From an uncultured Gammaproteobacteria bacterium (GTDB lineage: Bacteria; Patescibacteriota; Microgenomatia; Levybacterales; GWA1-39-11): DNA of 64,000 nt. Shown here piece by piece: positions 49,538 through 57,475 of this stretch. The notes under the pieces were generated by a model, which was given only the letters and a program-made list of their open reading frames with translations, had not been told where the DNA came from and ran no database searches. Where the stretch lies: contig CAYRKM010000001.1 in assembly GCA_964425075.1 (NCBI GenBank), forward strand, positions 601,827-665,826. Reading direction: 5' to 3'. The stretch's first letter is position 1; every line of letters starts with the position of its first letter. Position numbers and translations under genes: made by a program.

Positions 49538-49658
49538 AAAAATTTGTTCGATTTATTGCCATTCGTCTAATGTCGAACTCATTAGACGAACTCCCATTGA
49601 GTTCACATATTTTACTAGATTTGATCATTTATTGCTATTCTAGTGATAAAATTATGAA

Positions 49659-49991
49659 ATGAGGATTTGGGATTTGGACCCTAAAATTTTATGTAGAAAT
49701 CACCTACTCGGGGAACATAGGGAGCTTCATGCTCTTTGGTCTATTATTTCTAACAACAAAAAAGGGTATTCTAGACACCCAGAAACCCTAAGATGGCAGG
49801 GCAAGCTTAATGCATTATATTTGCGCCACGAAAAATTAGTAAAAGAGATGGAAAGTAGGGGGTATTCTCACCACAGCCCTCTTGATAAGAAGCTAGCTAA
49901 AGGTGGAAATATTCAGGAAATTTATGTACATACACCAGAAGAGCAGAAAGAAATTTTACGTTTGAAAAATTGTGAATGTAAGTTGAAATGA
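49659..49991 (+). CDS. Pyrimidine dimer DNA glycosylase (T4 endonuclease V-like) family protein
   Basis: MRIW..L..HLLGEHRELH, HPE..W and RHEKLVKEM..RGY.H. Confidence 0.75.
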   Translation: MRIWDLDPKILCRNHLLGEHRELHALWSIISNNKKGYSRHPETLRWQGKLNALYLRHEKLVKEMESRGYSHHSPLDKKLAKGGNIQEIYVHTPEEQKEILRLKNCECKLK

Positions 49992-50072
49992 GTCAATTTC
50001 GCCTTGACTTAGCGTAGTTATTCAATTATTCTATATGTGTCTTCTTCAAGATATTATTTAAGGAATTGACAA

Positions 50073-50099
50073 TTAGCAATTGATTTGCTAAACTGCTAA
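50073..50099 (+). promoter_or_regulatory. CIRCE-like (HrcA) operator over the lon promoter
   Basis: TTAGCAATT-N9-AACTGCTAA versus consensus TTAGCACTC-N9-GAGTGCTAA; TTGACA at 50066. Confidence 0.65.
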
Positions 50100-50102
50100 T
50101 CC

Positions 50103-52505
50103 ATGGCACAATCATACTCAAACTACAGCGAAAAACAAATCCCAGTTATACCAATCCGCGACGGAATTGTATTCCCTCACACTGAATCCATACTTACCTT
50201 TGGTCGAGAAAGAAGCCTAGCTGCTCTTGAGGCTGCTTTTGCGGGAGAAAGAGTCGTTTGTTTTGTTTTGCAAAAAAATCCTAGACAAGAAGACCCCGAG
50301 CTTTCAGATCTTTACCAAATGGGTACAATTGCCCACATTGAACGCATGATAAGAGCAGATGGTGAGGTAAATGCACTCGTTAAAGGACTTTCTCGAGCAC
50401 AAATTGTTTCATACTCTGAGTCATCTCAATTTCTTCAAGCAGTAGTTCATGAAATTGACGATTTTGAACCTGAAAATCCTGAAGTAAGAGCTCTTATGAA
50501 TCAGCTTACTACTTTGTTCAAAAAAGCCTTAAGTCTTGGAAAACAAGCCGACTTTTTGGTTTTCATGAATATTATGTCTGAAATCAACGCTTCAGAGTTA
50601 GCTGACCAAATAGCTTCCACTCTGGACATAAAGGGAAGCGAGAGACAAGAGATTTTGGAAACCATACCTGTTAGAAAAAGACTTGAGAAAGTCTATGAAT
50701 ACCTTTCAAAGGAAGTAAAAGTATTGGAGCTTGAACGAAAAATTGCCTCAAAAACCCAAGAACAACTTGAGAAAAGCACGAAAGACGCAATTTTGAGAGA
50801 AAGACTTAAAACAATCGAAAAAGAGTTGGGGGATACTGATGAGGGTGGAGAGATAAAGGAGCTTTCTGACAAAATCAAGAAAGCAGGAATGCCTAAAGAC
50901 GTTGAGGAAAAGGCCGTAAAGGAGCTTAAAAAGCTTCAACAACTTACACCATATAACCCAGAATCAGGGTATATCAGAAATTATCTAGAGTGGATTGTTG
51001 CGCTTCCTTGGAATGTAAAGACTGAGCGCAAGATTAATATAAAAGATGCTGAAAAGATATTGGATGAAGGACATTATGGCCTTCAGAAAGTGAAAGAGAG
51101 GGTTGTCGAATACCTGGCCGTTCATCAACTCTCAGGGAAAATGAAGGGGCCCATCCTTTGTTTCTCTGGACCTCCTGGAGTTGGTAAAACTTCAATTGGT
51201 AAATCAATCGCAAAAGCTTTGGGTAGAGAATTTGTAAAAATGTCACTTGGAGGAATTCGGGATGAGGCTGAAATTCGAGGGCACAGAAGAACATATGTTG
51301 GTGCGCTTCCAGGAAGAATTATTCAAGGCATAAAAGACTCAGGGACGAAAAATCCTGTTTTTATGTTAGACGAGATTGATAAAGTAGGAGCTGATTTTAG
51401 AGGCGACCCATCTTCAGCACTTCTTGAGGCTTTGGATCCAGAGCAGAATAGTGGATTTTCAGATCACTATTTAGAAGTTCCTTTTGATCTTTCTGACGTG
51501 ATGTTTATAACAACCGCAAATATGCTTCATACTATCCCGCCTGCACTTCGTGATAGACTCGAAATTATAAATTTTGCAGGATACACACAGGAAGAAAAAT
51601 TTCATATTGCAAAGGACTTTTTGACCAAAAAACAAGTCCAAGCTCACGGGTTAAAACCATCTCAAGTAAGGATTTCTGATGATGCTATTCAGCATATTAT
51701 TAATCGCTACACAAGAGAAGCTGGAGTTAGAGGTCTTGAAAGACAACTTGCTGCAATACTTAGAAAAGTAGCAAGAAAAGTGGCTGAGGGTGGAAAAGGA
51801 AAGATTGTAATAACTGGTAAAAATATCACGAAATTCCTAGGTCCTGAAAAATTTGCCTCAACAATTGCCGAGAAAAAGGACGAAGTTGGAATGGCAACAG
51901 GACTTGCATGGACTGAAGTAGGGGGAGAGATATTGTTTGTTGAGGTTGCTCTTATGCCAGGAAAAGGACAGTTAATTCTTACTGGACAGCTTGGTGATGT
52001 GATGAAAGAATCATGTCAGGCCGCAATGACTTATGTTAGGGCAAGGGCTAAGAAATTTGGACTGGAAGATGACTTTTACAAGCAAATTGACGTCCATGTT
52101 CACGTACCAGAAGGCGCAACACCAAAAGATGGTCCATCAGCTGGAGATACAATAACCACTGCTTTGGTTAGTGCTCTTACCAAAATTCCAGTAAATAGAC
52201 TTGTAGGTATGACAGGGGAGGTAACCATCAGAGGCAAGATACTTGAAATCGGAGGAGTGAAAGAAAAAATTATTGCAGCACACAGAGCAGGGCTTCGAAC
52301 AATAATTCTGCCAAAAGATAACAGAAAAGACTTAGAGGAGATTCCAAAAGAAGTTGCAAAGGACTTAAGGTTTATATTCGTATCTCACATGGATGATGTG
52401 TTAAAAGTTGCTCTTACAAAACCTCTTCCTGGATTTAGAGAAATAAAGGGAGAAAAAGAAAAGAAAAACAATCTTACTACCCCAACCCCTACCCTTGCTG
52501 ACTAG
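50103..52505 (+). CDS. lon: ATP-dependent Lon protease
   Basis: GPPGVGKTS, LDEIDK, PKDGPSAG and IGGVKEK. Confidence 0.97.
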   Translation: MAQSYSNYSEKQIPVIPIRDGIVFPHTESILTFGRERSLAALEAAFAGERVVCFVLQKNPRQEDPELSDLYQMGTIAHIERMIRADGEVNALVKGLSRAQIVSYSESSQFLQAVVHEIDDFEPENPEVRALMNQLTTLFKKALSLGKQADFLVFMNIMSEINASELADQIASTLDIKGSERQEILETIPVRKRLEKVYEYLSKEVKVLELERKIASKTQEQLEKSTKDAILRERLKTIEKELGDTDEGGEIKELSDKIKKAGMPKDVEEKAVKELKKLQQLTPYNPESGYIRNYLEWIVALPWNVKTERKINIKDAEKILDEGHYGLQKVKERVVEYLAVHQLSGKMKGPILCFSGPPGVGKTSIGKSIAKALGREFVKMSLGGIRDEAEIRGHRRTYVGALPGRIIQGIKDSGTKNPVFMLDEIDKVGADFRGDPSSALLEALDPEQNSGFSDHYLEVPFDLSDVMFITTANMLHTIPPALRDRLEIINFAGYTQEEKFHIAKDFLTKKQVQAHGLKPSQVRISDDAIQHIINRYTREAGVRGLERQLAAILRKVARKVAEGGKGKIVITGKNITKFLGPEKFASTIAEKKDEVGMATGLAWTEVGGEILFVEVALMPGKGQLILTGQLGDVMKESCQAAMTYVRARAKKFGLEDDFYKQIDVHVHVPEGATPKDGPSAGDTITTALVSALTKIPVNRLVGMTGEVTIRGKILEIGGVKEKIIAAHRAGLRTIILPKDNRKDLEEIPKEVAKDLRFIFVSHMDDVLKVALTKPLPGFREIKGEKEKKNNLTTPTPTLAD

Positions 52506-52517
52506 GGAAGATAAAAA

Positions 52518-53513
52518 TCATTCGTTATAAGGTGTAAATTTCGTTAGATAATTATTTTCAATATCTTCTTTTTTTGCCAAGGTTACATCAACTACTATTG
52601 CTCCAATGTTTTTTTGCCCGTAAATAACCAATGAGTTTAATGGTGCAAAAAGTACGCTTGGTATTACCAATAAGTCTTCCTCGCCAAATATTTTGATAGC
52701 TAATTTTATATTTTCTTTAAATGCTTTAGTGATTGTTTTTTGGATCCCTAGCGCCGTCCTTGAATTTATAGTGCCAGGCTTGTTATTAAGAGCAACATTC
52801 ATAGCTGGAAGTGATGCAAGAACATCATTTGGTATTTTGGTTCTGGAGTTAATATGATCATAAATTGAAATGTTCGGAATAATACCTTTCTTGACAAGGT
52901 TATAAACGACAATATCGCCCACTGCGATTATAAATTTATCCTTTAATTCAAATGGCGCAAATTCTTTAACTATATACCCAAGTGGTTTTTTAAATTCTTC
53001 CCTGTATTTTTCCAAAAGCGTAAAGCTTTCTGCCTTACCAAAAAAGTCAGCATAATGAATTCCAAAGTCATTTGTAAGACCGAGTCTTATATTGCTTGAG
53101 GAAATTATTTCTCCAGCCTCATTTTTTAGCATTTCGACTTTTATGATTTCAAGAGGTGGGAAATTAATTTTTATTCTCTCCTCATTTATTCTTTCTGCAT
53201 TTTTTATATTGTCCTCAGTTACAAAAATCGCATCGATATTTTTCTCCTCCAATGTTATTCCATAAATATTCTCGATTGGTATAATTTCTGCCTGGGTAAA
53301 TAGATTTTCTGTTTTAAGAAAATTAATAAGAGCCGATTTCCTATCTTCAAAGGGTGCAATGGGGGAAGGAGTTTTGTTTTGCACAAAGTTATCGGAAGTA
53401 AGGCCAATTATCACCTTGTGAGACTTTTCAAACGCACTTTTAATAAAAAAGATATGTCCATTGTGAAGATTGTCAAAAGTTCCACCAATGACTACAGTGT
53501 TAAATTTTTTCAT
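52518..53513 (-). CDS. coaD: Archaeal-type phosphopantetheine adenylyltransferase fused to a DUF359 (GTP-dependent dephospho-CoA kinase-like) domain
   Basis: GGTFDNLHNGH, GLTSD and ISSSNIR; C-terminal FKKPLG, VGDIV, NKPGTI, GEEDLL and YGQ. Confidence 0.8.
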   Translation of the reverse strand: MKKFNTVVIGGTFDNLHNGHIFFIKSAFEKSHKVIIGLTSDNFVQNKTPSPIAPFEDRKSALINFLKTENLFTQAEIIPIENIYGITLEEKNIDAIFVTEDNIKNAERINEERIKINFPPLEIIKVEMLKNEAGEIISSSNIRLGLTNDFGIHYADFFGKAESFTLLEKYREEFKKPLGYIVKEFAPFELKDKFIIAVGDIVVYNLVKKGIIPNISIYDHINSRTKIPNDVLASLPAMNVALNNKPGTINSRTALGIQKTITKAFKENIKLAIKIFGEEDLLVIPSVLFAPLNSLVIYGQKNIGAIVVDVTLAKKEDIENNYLTKFTPYNE

Positions 53514-53633
53514 GAAGAAAGTTTGTGCTCTGATTATATCAGAGCAATCTATTTGAGGACTGGGGGAGGTTCGAATTAAGCTAGTAAACACGAGTTTGGT
53601 GTGGGTTTGGGTTTCGTCGTAGCATTAAATCTG

Positions 53634-53679
53634 TGACCCGTAGGAGAGTCGAACTCCTCTTACTAGGATGAGAACCTAA
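53634..53679 (-). pseudogene. 3' fragment of tRNA-Glu(CTC), anticodon arm to discriminator; att-like remnant
   Basis: TAGG-TTCTCAT-CCTAG, AGGAG-TTCGACT-CTCCT and ACGGGTCA; no D-arm or 5' acceptor strand upstream. Confidence 0.85.
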
Positions 53680-53775
53680 TTTCATCGCTACCTTGATGCA
53701 AGCATCAAGGGTAACCAATAGAATGTGACCCAAACGGGTTCGGAACCATATAGGCCTTATAGCGGTTCTTTGGAC

Positions 53776-53819
53776 TGTCTCACCTTGAGGCTAAATGAGA
53801 CAAATGAGACACCATAAAA
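53776..53819 (+). repeat. 44-bp element end motif, copy 2
   Basis: tgtctcaccttgaggctaaatgagacaaatgagacaccataaaa. Confidence 0.9.
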
Positions 53820-53872
53820 GAGAATCGTATAGTCTTAAAATGATATAGTTTGATATATTTAAGGCAGTGCTG

Positions 53873-54319
53873 CTAATGTAGCTCGTAGAATTTTACATTT
53901 TCTCCATATGAGTATGGTGAATCGAATATTTTATGTTCAAAAATCGGCCCATTTGACCATTTTGAGCGAACCATTCCTTTTCCAAGATAAATACCAGAAT
54001 GGTAGATGATTGGAGCGATTTCTCTTTCAGTATCTATGTATAAAATTATGCAGTTTAGTTTAGGTTGAGGTAGCTCAACTAAGTTACCATCTGTTAGTAG
54101 TTGAAAGACATTTGGTGTGGGAAACCAAACGCCTTTATTGAATGTGAAGCCGTGACAATTCATTTGTCTCTCGCGTGTATCCGGCTCGCCAATAATTTTA
54201 AGACTTGAGGGGATACTGCTTTCTACTTCATCAAAGAAATTAGCATCAACCATACCTCTTTTTTTCATCAACTGATCAAGGCTTATTCTGGAACCTTGGG
54301 AATATTTTTTAAAATTCAT
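53873..54319 (-). CDS. Hypothetical protein, possible papain-like Cys-His fold
   Basis: NCHGF..YHSG..SKW..EH. Confidence 0.55.
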   Translation of the reverse strand: MNFKKYSQGSRISLDQLMKKRGMVDANFFDEVESSIPSSLKIIGEPDTRERQMNCHGFTFNKGVWFPTPNVFQLLTDGNLVELPQPKLNCIILYIDTEREIAPIIYHSGIYLGKGMVRSKWSNGPIFEHKIFDSPYSYGENVKFYELH

Positions 54320-54451
54320 AGATTAGTAAAAAAAAGGGTAAAAACTTGTTCCTCGCAAGAACACACCTCATATAAGCTACTCCGGTTGTTTTGTGAAGTC
54401 TTTACCCTCAAAAATATTATAACACTGGATTAAAAATAGAAAAAAACGAAC

Positions 54452-55453
54452 CTAACTTATGAGGGTAACATTTGGATCTTCTGGAGCATTGTTTCTGATA
54501 ATACTTATGTATTTAGAATCTTTTGCAATTTTCTGAACCTCATCTAGATAATTAACAGTGTTATCCTTTTCAAGGTATACGATATTTCTCTTATGCTTCA
54601 TGTATTTCTTAATCAGATCAAGAGTTTCCTCTTCCCTCAAGAACTCACTACTGTCCATTGTGATTGTTACTTTCATTGGATTAAAATCTTCAGAGGAGAA
54701 TGATAAAGCCCATTTTGCCTGCTCCTCAACAGTCATATATTCGTGATATTTTCCTTTAACCATGTAAGGGGATACGACTGCAATGCCTGAGAGTGCGAAA
54801 AGTTGGATAGTTAGTAAAAATCTGTCCTCTCTCAATTCGTTATCAAGAATATAAAATATATCTACTCCCCGGCTTTGTATTGCATCCCAGAACTCAGTAA
54901 TAACAGTTGCAAAGTATGCGCGAGTATAATCATCTACCTGAGTAGCAGATGATGAATAACGATATGTATGATCTACTAAGAATATTGCTAAACTTTTAAG
55001 TTTTTCTTTATCGGGACTTACATCACGGAAAAAATTCCAAATATAGTTAGTTAATTGTTTTGGCAGTTCGGTTTTGTCATCATTCTTTCGCATCTCTGCT
55101 AGATAAAGGTCAATTTTCTCAATAATATCTGTAATTTTTAAAAGAAGGGTGTCAGATTTGCCTGAGGGGCTATCGTGTTGGCTTTTACTCCTCTCAACTA
55201 CCTTAAGTGCCATTTCCTCTTTTATGACATCGGGGACATTAGTATGCAAGAATATATCTTCAATTTCTTCCTGAACATCCCACAGGTGTTTTTTAAGAAA
55301 GTGGTACTTTTTTTCACCATTTTCTATCACACTAGTTGCATATAAATCCCCGTTTTCATCTGCAAGTTTGTCTATGGTTTCAATATCAACATCCCAGTAT
55401 TCCTCAAGAATTTCATCAAAATCTTTTATGAATACCTTATTTTTCTTATTCAT
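54452..55453 (-). CDS. Hypothetical protein
   Basis: 333-aa ORF with no recognised motif. Confidence 0.7.
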   Translation of the reverse strand: MNKKNKVFIKDFDEILEEYWDVDIETIDKLADENGDLYATSVIENGEKKYHFLKKHLWDVQEEIEDIFLHTNVPDVIKEEMALKVVERSKSQHDSPSGKSDTLLLKITDIIEKIDLYLAEMRKNDDKTELPKQLTNYIWNFFRDVSPDKEKLKSLAIFLVDHTYRYSSSATQVDDYTRAYFATVITEFWDAIQSRGVDIFYILDNELREDRFLLTIQLFALSGIAVVSPYMVKGKYHEYMTVEEQAKWALSFSSEDFNPMKVTITMDSSEFLREEETLDLIKKYMKHKRNIVYLEKDNTVNYLDEVQKIAKDSKYISIIRNNAPEDPNVTLIS

Positions 55454-55475
55454 GCTATTACAAATTGTTTTGTTA

Positions 55476-55802
55476 TTATTTGTTTCTTTGGTGAATTACT
55501 TCTACTAACGCGTCGGCTACTTGATCGAGGCATCTGTCAATAATCTGGTTGGTAACATAAAAAGTACTAAAATCATCACCATCAGAGTAATGGCTTCTCT
55601 TAAAGTCTCTTGTTATTTGTGTGGGATCTGTAAAGTGTTGTAAGCCATCAACTTCGATGAACAATTTTGCATCCAATACTGCAATATCAACAGTCTTGTG
55701 CCCATCGTTATATTCCAATACAGCATTGATTCCCCTGGCTGTTAATGCGTCATATAACATTTTTGAATGTTGACTTGAGGAATTATTAATAGCTTGATCC
55801 AT
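55476..55802 (-). CDS. DUF559/Vsr-like endonuclease domain protein
   Basis: EY..VDIA..KLFIEVDGLQH..D..R. Confidence 0.75.
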   Translation of the reverse strand: MDQAINNSSSQHSKMLYDALTARGINAVLEYNDGHKTVDIAVLDAKLFIEVDGLQHFTDPTQITRDFKRSHYSDGDDFSTFYVTNQIIDRCLDQVADALVEVIHQRNK

Positions 55803-55843
55803 GACTTATTAAAATATAGCAGATTTGATAATACTCTGAAGGA

Positions 55844-56245
55844 CTACTCTAGAATTTCCTCAATTAATCCAATGACTTCAAATGCAAAATCATCAAGATT
55901 TTTATAATCTTTGAAAACTATTTTCTGAATACCTTTTGCACGTAATTGGTCGTTATATTCAGGAATCGAAGATATTCCAATGATTTCAGAGTCTTTGTAT
56001 TTATTAAGATCAAGAGCATGGAATGAGCCTCCGGCTTTACAGTCGCGATCTAAAAGAATTACATCAAATTTTTCAGTTGTACTTGGATTAATATGTTCTT
56101 CAACCTGCCAGTATTCAGAAAGTACCGTGATAGCAATATCTCTCCCTTCGTTTTGGATCCTTTTTTCAAGGAGGGTAAAATGTTTCAGAAGTGTTGCAAG
56201 CGTTTCGAGGTCATCTTCAAGAATTAAAATGCGATGCATTTTCAT
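55844..56245 (-). CDS. Stand-alone receiver-like domain protein
   Basis: RILILEDD, FDVILLD, IIGISS and K. Confidence 0.65.
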   Translation of the reverse strand: MKMHRILILEDDLETLATLLKHFTLLEKRIQNEGRDIAITVLSEYWQVEEHINPSTTEKFDVILLDRDCKAGGSFHALDLNKYKDSEIIGISSIPEYNDQLRAKGIQKIVFKDYKNLDDFAFEVIGLIEEILE

Positions 56246-56367
56246 ATATATTGACTTACCTTAGCATATATTTCTCTGTTTGTGTAGCCTCAAATTAAAG
56301 TCATTATAGATGATAGGATTTACAAAATATTTGCTTTGAAAAATAACAGCGAGTATACTTTTTAGGA

Positions 56368-56739
56368 ATGGATGAAGAAGCAAAAAAACAAATCGAAGAA
56401 CTCAAAACTGAGGTCGTAAGCTTACGAATTAGGGTAAAAAGACTTGAAGATTTTTACAATGCATTTCCAGATCCAGCAGAATATTTATATGACCATGATT
56501 TAGGACCTGGAGAAAGAGATGATCTATTCGAACAAGCTGTGAGGGTAGTAGCTCAACATGATAGAGCCTCCGCTTCACTAATCCAGAGAAGAATGCAGAT
56601 TGGATTTAATAGAGCCGCAAGACTATTAGAACAACTGGAAGAAGCAGGCGCAATAGGAGCTGCCGATGGATCAAAACCAAGAGATGTTTTGATAAAAAAT
56701 GCTGACGAGTTTTTAAAGAAACTTGAGGAAAATAGTTAA
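56368..56739 (+). CDS. Stand-alone FtsK gamma-domain protein with N-terminal coiled coil
   Basis: DDLFEQAV..ASASLIQRRMQIGFNRAARLLEQLEEAG..GSKPRDVL. Confidence 0.85.
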   Translation: MDEEAKKQIEELKTEVVSLRIRVKRLEDFYNAFPDPAEYLYDHDLGPGERDDLFEQAVRVVAQHDRASASLIQRRMQIGFNRAARLLEQLEEAGAIGAADGSKPRDVLIKNADEFLKKLEENS

Positions 56740-56745
56740 TTATTC

Positions 56746-57459
56746 TTATTTATTCGCTAAATCAACAGCCCTATAAATTGCCCCAAGCTCGCGCACCGAT
56801 TCCATTTCATTTTCAAAAATTAACTTTTCGCAATCCTCTGGGTTATTTTTATAAAGTTTTTGGACACAAAAGACTAATGTTTTTAAGTCTCCAACAACCT
56901 GACTTGATGATTGATTATCAAAAAACATCACATAGAAGAACTGCATGCAAAATAGAGCTAAATTGAAAAGAAAAAAGTTAGGTAGAGCAAACAATAAGAT
57001 AATAAGTAGCACGCCGACCTCAGCCCCATTTCTAAATGCGTGATATTTGAAACCTACTGAATTATAGTGAGATATAACGTGCAGTGCCCCCTCTGGATTC
57101 TCTGACTCTGCATCGTCTATTTTCAAAGTTTTGATATTTTTTAAGTAATAATTTATACTTTTTCGTCTTTTGACATGGATCTTATACATCCACGACTTTT
57201 TCATTAGAAACCAGAAAGTATTTGACCATGCAAGACTAATAAATGTAGTTACACTGATGAAAAAGATTTTTATATAAATCAAAGGTAGAGTATAGGGGTC
57301 AGGATTAATTAAAATTGGGATTGTTAAAATAACGCAGACAATCAATATCAAAATACGCTTATTAATTGGTGGATTATCAATGATAACAGTTGCAAAATTC
57401 CAACAAGATTCAAAGTCTCCAATAATATCAAAAAATAAGGATTTAATTTTATTCAGCAC
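56746..57459 (-). CDS. Hypothetical multi-TM membrane protein
   Basis: Two hydrophobic hairpins. Confidence 0.6.
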   Translation of the reverse strand: MLNKIKSLFFDIIGDFESCWNFATVIIDNPPINKRILILIVCVILTIPILINPDPYTLPLIYIKIFFISVTTFISLAWSNTFWFLMKKSWMYKIHVKRRKSINYYLKNIKTLKIDDAESENPEGALHVISHYNSVGFKYHAFRNGAEVGVLLIILLFALPNFFLFNLALFCMQFFYVMFFDNQSSSQVVGDLKTLVFCVQKLYKNNPEDCEKLIFENEMESVRELGAIYRAVDLANK

Positions 57460-57475
57460 AAATTATTTAATTGAG

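Noticed and set aside
53680-53790. Group I intron splitting tRNA-Glu
   Set aside because: Minus-strand gagacagtcc only loosely resembles the P7 motif, the break is not in the anticodon loop, and no 5' exon or intron core is visible
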